Positions 27,401-39,400 of a stretch of 64,000 nt of DNA are shown in pieces. This DNA is from Phoronis australis (lineage: Eukaryota; Animalia; Phoronida). The notes under the pieces are model-generated. The model was not told the DNA's origin. It saw only the letters and a list, made by a program, of their open reading frames with translations, and did no database searches. Location of the stretch: NCBI GenBank assembly GCA_002633005.1, contig NMRA01000121.1:280847-344846 (forward strand), read 5' to 3'. The translations under genes and the position numbers were made by a program. The stretch's first letter is position 1, and the number at the start of each line of letters is the position of its first letter.

Positions 27401-30400
27401 TCTACCATTTTAGCACACTTTGTGGTTCTGCTACAGTTAGCACTGCCATAATCGTATTTCTTAATTCCGCCACAGTATGCATACTTGGAAGTTAGTTTTG
27501 CTAGGTGTTGTTCATCATTAAATGCCTCAAATTCCTTGACACCATGGACATTTCCGTCAACGCACCCTTGCCATTCTTAAAAATTCGTATATATGTGCTA
27601 TAATTGCTTCAAAGGACCGGCAGTAACCGTGGCTGGAATGTCGGTAGCTTCGCGACTAAGTATACAACTAACTCCTGTTGAAATTCTCCATACTTCAAAA
27701 TTCTTGTTTGCAGGTGCTGGTAATTGTCTTCAATGGTTTTCATAATAAGAGACTAGAAATGCGAGTTGTCACTGCCTTACATTTTCACTGGCCACCTTGC
27801 TACATTCGACTTGCGCAATAGCCGAATTAGTGTCCACATTTGTGGTCACGTGCCGGATACAGGCCCATGAGACAAGTTGCAGCAACAAATTCAGTACGAA
27901 TCTATAAACCCTTTTACACGCACAATTAAAGGTGAAAGCAACCTTTTTTCATGTCACTTTTAGTACAAATAAGGTTCGTTGATTATCCCAGACACATTTT
28001 TCACTTAATTGCAACTTTTCGTAATTTGATTAATTTCTCGTCATCTACTCCGGAAGTGACGTTTGGGGAGGCAAGAGTTTCGCGCCAATTTCTTTTCATT
28101 ATAGTCTGACTGTGAGAGCTGTCGAGTGAGTCATTGTTCTACCTCGGTTGTGATCAGTTCGGTCGTCGTTTGCTTTTGTTTACAAGTCAGTCAACATGCC
28201 ACGTCTCACACGCGCTTTGGGTACCTTGCGTCGCTTTCCGAAGGATGACACACTTCGCGTACTTGGCTAGCTCGTTCATGTGAAGAACGCAGAGTTACCC
28301 GTCCACGCAACGTACAAAGCAGTGGAGGGTTACCGAGTGTGTGGCAAGCATTGTCTGCCGTCAGATTATGACAGATATGCACGCTGAATTGATGAAGGTC
28401 CCTGCAAAACAACGCCTTAAGAAGGGTACCATACCGTCGCTGTCGATTCCCGGCAGTGCCCCGTCGCCAACCCCGAGAAGTGCGTTTTTGAAGCGAGAAG
28501 CCTTGGGAGCTGTGGCCACTATATACACTGACTGGAGGCACTTCATCTGCTGTCACCCGTGCCTCCGAACGTACCCCATTGCGTGCAATTTCGGAAACTA
28601 GCAGTGATTCGCCCTGTGCTGTTGTCTCTGAGCCCAGAGCCTGTAAGCAGTCCTGCAGCGATGTTGAGTAGTGGGAGTGAATACAGGCCCAGTTCGACAC
28701 CCAGTGAAGAGGACAGTTCGTCATCCAATGAACAGATCGGTGAGCCTAAGTTTGATAAGTTTATTGTGGACTTGTATTGGAGCTATTTGGAAGGTGCCAG
28801 GTGTGTGGCGAGGGAGTCACACGGCGGGATGCAAGCAACTTGGGTGCTCAGATCACTCTTCAGTGGGAGTGTGTCGCGGGACACTCGGGCAAGTGGGACA
28901 GTTCTTACTCTGTACGTGAGACAATAATGAGTACACCCCAGTACGCAGCAACAGCGTGGCATGTTGACTGACTCCTAAGCAAAAGCAAACGACGACCGAA
29001 CTTATCACAACCGAGGTAGAACAATGACTGACTCGACTGCTCTCAGTCAGACTATATGAAAAGAAATTGGCGCGAAATTCTTGCCTCCCAAAACGTCACT
29101 TCCGGAGTAGACAACGAGTAATCAATTAAATTACGAAAAGCAGTAAATAAGTGAAAAATATGTCTGGGATAATCAACGAACCTTATTTTTGCTAAAAATG
29201 ACATGAAAAAAGGTTGCCTTCGCCTTTAAACGCGCAAAACTGATACTGTATTTCTTAAACCTTTAATTTAATGCTCAAGCTATACAACGAATGCGTGTTG
29301 AAACACAACATTGACCTTGGACCAACGATGGACTCCTTGCATCAGGACCTTAGTAAGCGGGGGGAGGGCGAGTGCCACCCCAAAAAAATTGCATGCCTCA
29401 GGGTCAAACCATGGCAACCGACAAAGGTGTGGGGCTGGGGAAAGACAAAAAAGAAAGACTTCGAATACTGATCAGAGCGAAAATTCAAGAGAACATTGAC
29501 AACTCGGTATCAGTGTATGGCTTACCATTTGAGGGCCCTGGCCAGGACAATTGTTGTTAGGGTCTCCGTTTTTGCAGCATAGGTCGTCTAAGTGCCCTTG
29601 AAAATGTGCACTTAATCATTCATACATGTATTTCGAAAATTCGAGAAAATTTGTGAAGCAAAAGTTTTTCGGAGCGTATTAATTCAGTCCAAGTTTTCCA
29701 GTGGTCCATAGGCGGTGCACTACAGGGGGGCTGAGGGGGCTTTAGCCCTCACTTTTTTCAGTACTGCGCCTTCTGTACACCTCCGGCATGACACTACCAA
29801 CTACTCATGAGGGGAAGTTGAGATTCCAAATTCATCAAAAACACAAAACATTCGTGCACAGCACAGAAGCTGTCTTGTAAGAAATGGCGATGCGTCACTG
29901 AACTTAGTTGAAGCCTGAAGGCAAAAATTCGATCCATCATCAGACCACCATATCGCAAAGAAGGACCCTAAACGATAACAGGGGTATTTCTTGAATGTCG
30001 GGCAGCTCTAAATGCTTTATTGAATTAAAAACTAGACTAATGAAATTCAAAAATTTACAAACCGTAGATCAAAAAAGAAGTTCAAGTCATTGCTCATAAA
30101 TTTGGAAAGATTGTCTTTGCACTTCCTTGATGCTTGTAGTTCCCAGTATTGTGCAATGAATTTAGGTTCTTCTAGACCGAATCGTTTGCTTGCCATTCCC
30201 GTGCACACTGCAAAGGCTGGACACGTTGTGACTCAGTGACGCACCCACGTTAAAAATAAGGTGTAGTCATGCAGTAGAATCCGCGCACAGTGATTGACGG
30301 GGAAAGAACTTGAACTGCACTGAGGGGTTGAAGTGTGTGCATTTTTGGGACACGCGTTCATTTTCCCAGCCGCCCTGCAGAAGCTGGACCAGTGGCCGTG

Positions 30401-33400
30401 TTTCAACAAGGAATTTTGATACAGCTCTATAGGCCAAGGATTTCGGGATCATATCTTTCCAAAAAATCTTCAGGAAATGACCGTATTAAAATGAACTTTT
30501 CCCGAAACTGGGTCAAAAAACGACCTTGGAGCCAGAACACGGGTATAGGTTCGAGTTAAGCCGCACGTCTCAAATGAATCATAGCGGAGCTGACCAGCGA
30601 CTAGCATTAGTTCGTCGAATTGCGCATGAATCATAGCAGAGCTGACCAGCGACTAGCATTAGTTCGTCGAATTGCGCATGCATGGATCAGACTTCCCGGC
30701 GACGCCACGACACCGGCCACCGTGGCGGGAGCAGCTAATTTCTTGACTAACACCTGCTTCTAAATCTGGATTTAAGCAAAATGACGAAGTCCACGCATAC
30801 ACACATGCAAACGTATCCAAATACAATTAAATGTATTTTCATGTGAAACCATTCAATGTTCTTTGAACATTGACTTGTATGAGTTCTTAATTTTCTTAGA
30901 TCTGCCCAATCAGATAGAACTGCGTTTCAAGTCATTCACTATAGGCACTCGAGGGTTCAAATTGGAAGCTCGCGCCGTATGACGTCGTATGACGTAGACG
31001 ATGCGAGCCTCATTTGCATATATTAGTGACATCTGTTGGTTCAAAAAAGAGGATCATGCCCGAGTACATGCCTGGGAAGAGGCATCTTTTGGAAGGGTAA
31101 AACAAGTCATGTTCAAAGCATACCAGTGCCATTAATATGAAGTCTTTGGGGACAAAAGTGGTGTCATTTTATAGCTAAAGAGTTAAGCTTTCAAACACAA
31201 TGCTTGGATTCCAGACTACTTTAACATTTACTTTTGAAATCACCTTTGAAAATACGTTAAAATGCGCTTAAACAGTTGTCCCTTCCTGGTTATCTCTTCC
31301 TGCTATCATCTATCATGTGCCAGTGATGAGAAACAAATGAGTTGACCTTGATGTTCAGGCATTAATTTCAAATAGCTGTAAAAGGTCAATTTAACAGCAA
31401 ATTCGAAGAGAGGAACAACTTGGCAAACTAGTACTTGCTATAGCACAGATGAGTGTGGGTTAATTCCCTGACAAAACATTGCAGGCAAAAATTTGACTGC
31501 AGTAAACAAGTCCAAGATGGACACGAGATTACACGTACCCATGCCACTTCCTCCTGATGGCGAAGATCATAGTAGTCACACATACAGGCATACATGTGTG
31601 AGTAGCCACCACATGGGCCAGCCTCTTTAGTCTCAAGGTCTTTGATCGTGTCCTGCATCACTTTTAGACGCTCCACGGGCACGACGTCAATCTGACGAAT
31701 GATTTTCCTGAAATAGAGCGCAAAGCTTGAAGAGAACCGCCAAGTTGAATTCTTACAGCAGAATAGTGCAATACTCAATAGTTTACCAAACAAAATAAAG
31801 GAAACACCGACTCGCGTTCAGTGGATACCCAGATGCCCATTCGTATGCAAGATTGTACGAGAACCTACTGAAACCTAGTTACTGCCATTCACGAGCAAGC
31901 AGTGCGCCTGTAAACAGCATATAGTTGGCACGTACCAAAGCTGAAAAGGTACACTAGGCACATTTGTCAGTTTTGTTGAGCACATGGCCAATATTTCGGT
32001 TTTCATTTTAATTGATAATTTGCTGCAAAGCTGTATTGATGCATCGCTTGGCTAACCTTCATGCAAAATAGATGAAAATTATGGCAAAGTTACAAAAACT
32101 ACTCACATCTTCAAAACTGTCCCCACTTTTCTATTGTTCACACCTCGAAATTAGCCAAGCACAGAAATGGCATGTTTTTAGCGCTGGTGGTGGATTATGC
32201 ATTAAACTAAGAAACGCGTTACAACTTAGAACCCTACACAAAACAGGAGCACCGTTGTGGAGCCTTGAGAAGCTTAATTAAACTTTGCCACAAATTTGGT
32301 TGAAACTGAGGTGAGGAGTTGGGCATTTGGTGAAGATTGCGAAGTCTGATGTGGGGACTCACATTACCAAGGCCTAAAAAATTGCTATAGCTTACTCTAG
32401 TGGAACAAGAGGGAAAACAGCCTTGATAGCAGTGGTGATATGTAGAATGATGTCATCAACATCACTAGAGTCGACGTCCATTGACTGGAAGTGGTGACTC
32501 TTATCCTTCACAGTCAGCCAAAGCTGCAAGCACAAAGTATAAATTATTAAATCAATTTCCAGAAATTCATTCAAGTTTCGCAAAAAAGTTGTGTTTTTTG
32601 CCCAAAGGGACTTGGACAAATCAGTGAGAATGCATCAAAAATGCACACTGTATTGAAAATATCATTCACCACTTTGTACAAAAAATTTCAAAAGATCACT
32701 GGCATGTCAGATCTGGATCTCACATTTACAGCAAGAATGATATGACGAACATCCAAATAGCTTTCACTTTCATTTAGCATAATGATGCATTTTGAGATTA
32801 ATGACGATAGTCAAACGCCATTAATCATTACAAAGTAAACAATAATACGAAACTAGTAAACCATTACTCTATACCCTTGCTAAATGACATGTTAATGACA
32901 ACTGAACTAAACAACAGCAATGCGTCGAGCACTGATATTTACCCAGAGTGCATTGCGAATGGTATGTTTCTAGGGGTGCTATCATTTTCATGCAAAGTAC
33001 AAGGAGACAATAATTGGACCAATAGGGGGAGTTGCGATAGTCAGAAATGATAAAAGGTATTGCAATCTCAGCTTTTAAAACTAACATCAAATCAAATAAG
33101 TTTAAAAAATAAAGTTTTTATCATTTATAACAAAGAAATAAGACACGTCACAAAGAAACACAGCACTAGGCATCCAAAAACAAGCAGGTCTAGTTTACTT
33201 TTCCATGAGGTTTGGCAGATGCAAATACGGCAACAAAATGACATAATGGCCAAACCACTTGTTGGAATTTGCTCAGAACCGGCAACTGATATCTCCAAAA
33301 TAGAACGACCACTAGGTAGAACAACAGTTGTCATGACTGCCTAGAAATCATGAAGTATCCGAACATTGCCTTTACATACCTCTGCGTCAAAGTTTCATTG

Positions 33401-36400
33401 GAATCTGTCCATTGCTTTTCTAGACGTCATCCAGAAACACTCTTCTCCCAAAAAACCCAATAAGCACCTTGTCAAGAACAAAATGGCCACTAGCATGTGC
33501 AGCAGAGATGAAATTCATCCAAAAAGCAACTTTGGGTGGAGTATTGCCATCAGATGTCTCTGTGCTAAGTGAGTTTCATTGAAATCTATCAATCAGTTTT
33601 CCAGATATCTAGAACGCTTTTCCCAAAAATACTGAAATGCCCTGCCCCTGGTCCCAGGGCAAGGACACATTGAAAAGAGGCCTGCACTGCTTTAATGTGC
33701 CAAATTTCATAAAAGGCCTGCCCCTATGGCCCTAAAGGGCATGGGACAGATTGATAAGTGACATGCAACCTTCTAGTGATGCCCTACGCAGTTGCGTCAA
33801 ATTTCATCAAGATTCAACCAGGGGTTTTTGAGATATTGAGTGTAAACCCGGACAGAATGACGACATTATGCGATCATGCTATGTGGGTGCATAAAAAGGT
33901 TCTGCCACATTATGCTTCGGGGCAAGTAACCACTAAAATTCACTCAACACTCGAATCCAAAATTGAACAAATTTGGTATATCACTCGAAGTATGTCACGC
34001 GTTTGGTCCAACCTTGAGTCGAGTTTTGTGCAAAGCTCGATGGGCTCGAGCCCCTGAACAAGATAATTTATCCAATTTTACCTGATTTGGCTTTTTGCTT
34101 TCAATCGCTTGAATGTCAAGGAAGTGGAACGTCATTTCAACCTAGAAAATAATAAATCACAAGTTACCCGACTGCAAGATTAATGACAACTTAAAGTCCT
34201 TGGATCAGGGAACAAAGTCGATAACTTCCAAAAAAGATTACTATAAAGAGGCAGGAATGGAACAATTAAAATAACACAAAGACAAAAGGGAAGCACAAAT
34301 AACAAAAAATTAATTAAAAATAAAATTGAATGCAACCAATAACTGATAGTGAAGCAATACAATCAACAGTACTTCTGAGGACTGAGAAGCCGTCCGAACC
34401 ATATTCATTAATGAGTTGATGCCCGTGCAACCAAGAATCTTACTCACGAATTTCTAAACAAGGTTTCAAATTCCATCGTTGCACTGGGCTTAGCATGAAC
34501 TCGTTAATTCAGTTTCTCAACAGAACCATCCAGAGAGTTAACCCGAGAGATGCAAGAAGCCCTTCAGGGGGGTTTGACATAGTTTCAATTTAAAAATGAA
34601 TTTTTTAGAATTTCATATCTTGTATGAAGACTTTGGTCTTTGCATGTTACATATTTGCAAAAAATGTGGGCATCACTGAATGAGCTGTTCTGTAACTGTT
34701 GCCTAAAGAAAGGCACCTTTAGCAAAAATGTAGAATTTATACGAGTTACTGAAAAGCCACCTCTAATCACGTTAATGATTTAAAATCAGTTTAATTTCAT
34801 TGTCAGTTTTATGATGTGAGGACTTTAATCAATATATTTCCCGATTTACTGGTTGCGCTACGCTGGCATTAGTAAACAGTTTTTTTTTTGGATTTTGAGC
34901 AACTCAAATTTTAACATTTTGCCTTCAACACAGAAAGATACACCATTGAATTTTTATCTTTTAACGTTATATTTTGATGCCATTGCATTTTTTATGAAAT
35001 AAGAAGACAAAACTTTAAAAGCTATTTTAGCTCAAACCGCACCACATAAGAATTAAGTCATATCTAATGTTTACACTTGGCTTTCCTATTGCTTAGTATG
35101 ATGGCATTGTCGACTTTGATGTCGCGCCATTATCAAATGCCAAAAATCTTTAATAATAAGTTAATCAATCTCATAAAGTGACCGCTTTATTGACTTTTTG
35201 GCAAACTATGTCAAACCCCCTTAATACTGAAAGTTTTGAAGCTGCAGTGAATTTGAAAAAAAGGAGCAAAGTTGAGTGCAAAAAAGCACCGAGTATAAGC
35301 AATTTGCAAGTTCTTGAACATTTGCATTATATCATGTTAAAAACCAAGTAATGCATATAACCAAACACATAAAAGGTAACGCAACATCACATACAGTAAA
35401 ATATCACCAATATTGGACTAAAATAATGGCCAGAACTGATCATGTTTTATATTTCAACTTTGTTTAGAATAACCATATTACGTACTCAAGACTTCGCCTG
35501 ACGCCAAGCTATTTAATGAAACTTAAAACACGTAAAGCGTTGATATGGTGTTTGCTGTCTTTTACGAAAAAATTGGAAATAAAATTCTACTCCTCCACCA
35601 TATTGTGTCCTAAATTTGTAAGATTTCACCGTACGCATGTTTCTCCGTTTCAGAATAAGTGAGCGCATGAATTCATGACAGACAGTTTTCAGAGGTGTGG
35701 ATAATGTTCAAGAATAATAGATGCAGTAAAGACACTAGCAGCTATGACTCTGGACAGACAGTATGTAGCATGCGGGCTATGACACTGGTAGACAGAGGAG
35801 GGCTAGACATGACATAGAGATACATGCCTCCCAAGGCATATCGGAGATCTGCAAGAGTCCAATAAGTTATGACAGGTCACAAAATCAATATAAATCACAA
35901 GTAAAAAACACAATGCACCATAAAATTTTTGCAACGTAAATATGTGTACAAATCGAAGGTATTCAAAGAAATTAAACCATGGCCATACTTAAGGGTATCA
36001 CCATTCAAACCATCTGCAAATTAACATTAGCCAGTAACATGGTCACTAAATTTCATGACGATCCTTCTTGATATCGAGACAGGAGAAAATACTAGTGAAT
36101 CTAACTTATAATTAGGGAGACAAATCTTCGTCTTTCAATTAACCTTCATTCTTTGAAATTGTACAACTGGCGACAAAAATGAGGAGTTCCATATGGTTGA
36201 AAACACACACTGACAGGGTCACATATCAGTAACAGACTTTCTGGTATCAGATAGTACAGTGAAGTTAGTGATCAGTATTACCAGCTGATCCATAACAAAA
36301 GACAGGACACCAATGTTCAGCAACATGCATGGCATTCTAGTGATCACAGATACATTCACTACAGTAGTTCTATGACGGACACTTGGCCTGCCCTTCTTGA

Positions 36401-39400
36401 CCAGACACAGGAGAACAGTACAAGATAAAGAAGATTCGATGGTGACAACATAAGACTTCTTACAGACTTGTAACATCATGATTCATTTCTTATTCTCAAG
36501 CAAAATGTTAAAGTTTGTCTATAACAAAATAAAGTACCGATAGTTCTTCTACTGTGACAACTTTCATTTTTGACTATACCAAAAATGCCATTTCCCCCGA
36601 AATCAATCAGACCTGTAATTTACTTAGAATTGGTCGATTGAATCCTTAATCAAGCAAAATGACGTAAAAATAACCGGAAATGACAAAAAGAGATAAAATA
36701 TTGTAAACCTTAACCAGCACGATTACTGGAAAGATGTCCAAACCGAATATTGATAATTTAACAATTTGTGGCGTTTGTAAAATAGTAATGAAGTATGGAG
36801 GACAGAGTTGTACAAAGCTGACAGCACCAACCAATGACTGCATAGAACATGAAGCCCTGACATAACCGTGCTGTGACTGTGACAAGACAGATGAAGCGGT
36901 CATTACATGTCCCCATATAGTTACATTTAGTCTGATGTCCGGCCTCAAATCGCATTCTAACTCCTCCGTCGAGCTAGAAAACTCCCTGGACATTTCAACC
37001 AGAGATTTCCTGATCTTGGCCAGAGATATCCTAGGCTAGAAATCAAACACTTTCAGGATTAAAAGGTGGTCAATTTTTCCATTTTCATTTGATGTAACTT
37101 CACAGGGGATGCAAAAACAAAAACTAAAGCCAGCTTCTGGACTCTGAATCTATTACCCAGTTTACACAACAAATTTTTGTGTCAGTTTGAAGAACGTCTT
37201 TACAGTACAGGATTAACTGTAATCAGTTCAAGCCAAACCTGCTAGAGGGGTGTATTCAAGCTGAATTACCAAGTCTCAGTCGATACTAGTACCTACCGTA
37301 AACGTTCGGGTTAACGCCCATGCTCAGTTAACCGCCCACCCCCTACTTTAGGTGGATTTTCGATTTAACCGCCCACTGCTCGGTTAACCGCCCTCCCCCG
37401 ATTTTTTGGATTCGCCAATTTAACCGCCCAGGGCGTTAACCCGAACGATTACGGTATGTTGTAAGTGTAAACAGGCAAGCGCATCGTAACGAATCCTTCG
37501 ACTATTTTCCTGCACATTTTTTTGTGCCAGTGACGCATGTTTTTCTCAAGACACGATACACGATTACGTATAGACAAACAATACCGAAATGGCAACTGGA
37601 AAGAGGGAGAGACAATGATGCTACTCAAGATCTCAAGTGACATCAGTCTTTTCTGCAAAGGTAGCAAGATTGTTTAGCGGAATATAAAAATCTCAGTATT
37701 TAAATCGACTTGGTCTTGGTAGTGTAGACGAACTGATTTGAGCTGGTCGGGAGTAATCAGTTGTGAAGCGCAAAGGCAGAGATGTAGCAACTTCAAACAT
37801 AGGGCTACATGGACTTAAACTAACTTAAAGTCAACCTGAATTAATAGTGTAAATAGGGTAATTGTTATAACCCAATATGCTAGGAAGTACAGTCAATCAG
37901 TTGCTGCTATGCCACTTAGTTTGTAGAATGTTATATGTTCACACTAAAATGGTAAAACTATGGTATTGCGATTGTCTGACGGGCAAAATCCTGGCAAATG
38001 CTCTGTCCTGGCCTCCTCTAACTCAAAATACTGGATTCGCCCCTGCCAAGGACTGAATTTCTATGAAAGTATCATGTAATAGTAGACCCATAAAGCCATG
38101 TATTTCGAGAAAAATTTATACTATTATGTGCACAAAAACAATGCCCAGATGTTCATATCATATAATTGCGTTTTCTCTAAAAATCATGATTTTTTCATGG
38201 AGAATGCAGTATTTTACACAAACTAAGATCTTTTTAAAACTTGCAATTTCTGATACTTTAATAAATTAGCTACAAAAGCAAATGTTAATTGTCTTGATTT
38301 TCTTAGTCTGTTAGCCTGAGAGCTTGGCTGCCAAAAATCAAGACTTCTGTTTTCAAGGTACAATGAACTCTCCACTGTTTACAGGAGAGTTCTCAGGCCT
38401 TAAAAGAAAACCCCAAACACAACTTTTGTATTGAACAAAATAAATACACAAAATTTCCAAGTTTCCTGCCAAAAACTGCGACGAAAATTATAGCAATCTC
38501 CAGGAAAGTTGGAGATAAAAAATGCACCGACATAAATGTGAACATCTGTGCATTACTTATGTAATGATTTTTGATCTAGAAATTCAATCATTCATCATGA
38601 AGGTAGCCAATTTTGGTAAATCTCACCACATTCAGACAAAGAAATGTAAAACTTGCACTTTTTTAACCTAAGGCTTCAAACATTGTTTGAATGCTCACAA
38701 TGTTTCAAAATATTTTCCGTTGGTAGCTGTGGTACAGAACTTAGGTATGGCAACTTTTTACACCTGGGCGCCATATTTAACTGGTGATTTTGCCGTACCT
38801 TACAAAGTCAGCGATTTATGTGTAAAAATGGAATGAGGAAAATGTAAACTTTAGGCATCTGTAATTTACAAGGGACCTCCCATAAATTCCAGTTTCACTA
38901 TCTATTGATCCAAGCTGATATCATTGCACTTCCTGGTTGTAACACAACAGAAATAACACAACTGAACCACTCTCATTTACACAACTGAGAACTTTGACCT
39001 CAGGTTCAACATGCATTGTGTTATCATTCTGTAGAGCTGCATGGACTCATGCCAGTTTTGTTTCCTTGGCTAATATGAGAGCAGATGAGGGACAAAATAG
39101 GTGGCAGACCAGGTTGATAGTTTCAACTCATTCACTTATTACCATAACAACCTTTGATGATCCAGTGTGTCACTGCTCTGCAACGCCACATATTGTAACC
39201 ATATGGCCATCCCAACACCAACACTAATTTTGTCCCTTCCATGGCAGTGACAGGGTCAATCCAATTAGTTAAAAATGCAATCTCTGATGGTAGATGTAGC
39301 TCCTCCTTTGTGTTATGGGATGGGAGGGGGGGTGATCACGTCCCTCCAGTAAGTGAAACGTTAGAACTTGTAGGGATCTTTGACCCCATTTCTATCCCTC

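Larger units (their letters stand above)
26390..31302. mobile_element. 4.9-kb non-autonomous DNA transposon with 29-bp perfect TIRs and a 7-bp TSD (P- or hAT-like), in CARMIL intron 6
   Basis: TIR caggaagagataaccaggaagggacaact at 26390-26418, reverse complement at 31274-31302; TSD ctatcat at 26383-26389 and 31303-31309. Confidence 0.9.

Noticed and set aside
28206-28724. 172-aa minus-strand ORF
   Set aside because: Antisense shadow of the GC-rich THAP pseudogene; no recognisable motif.
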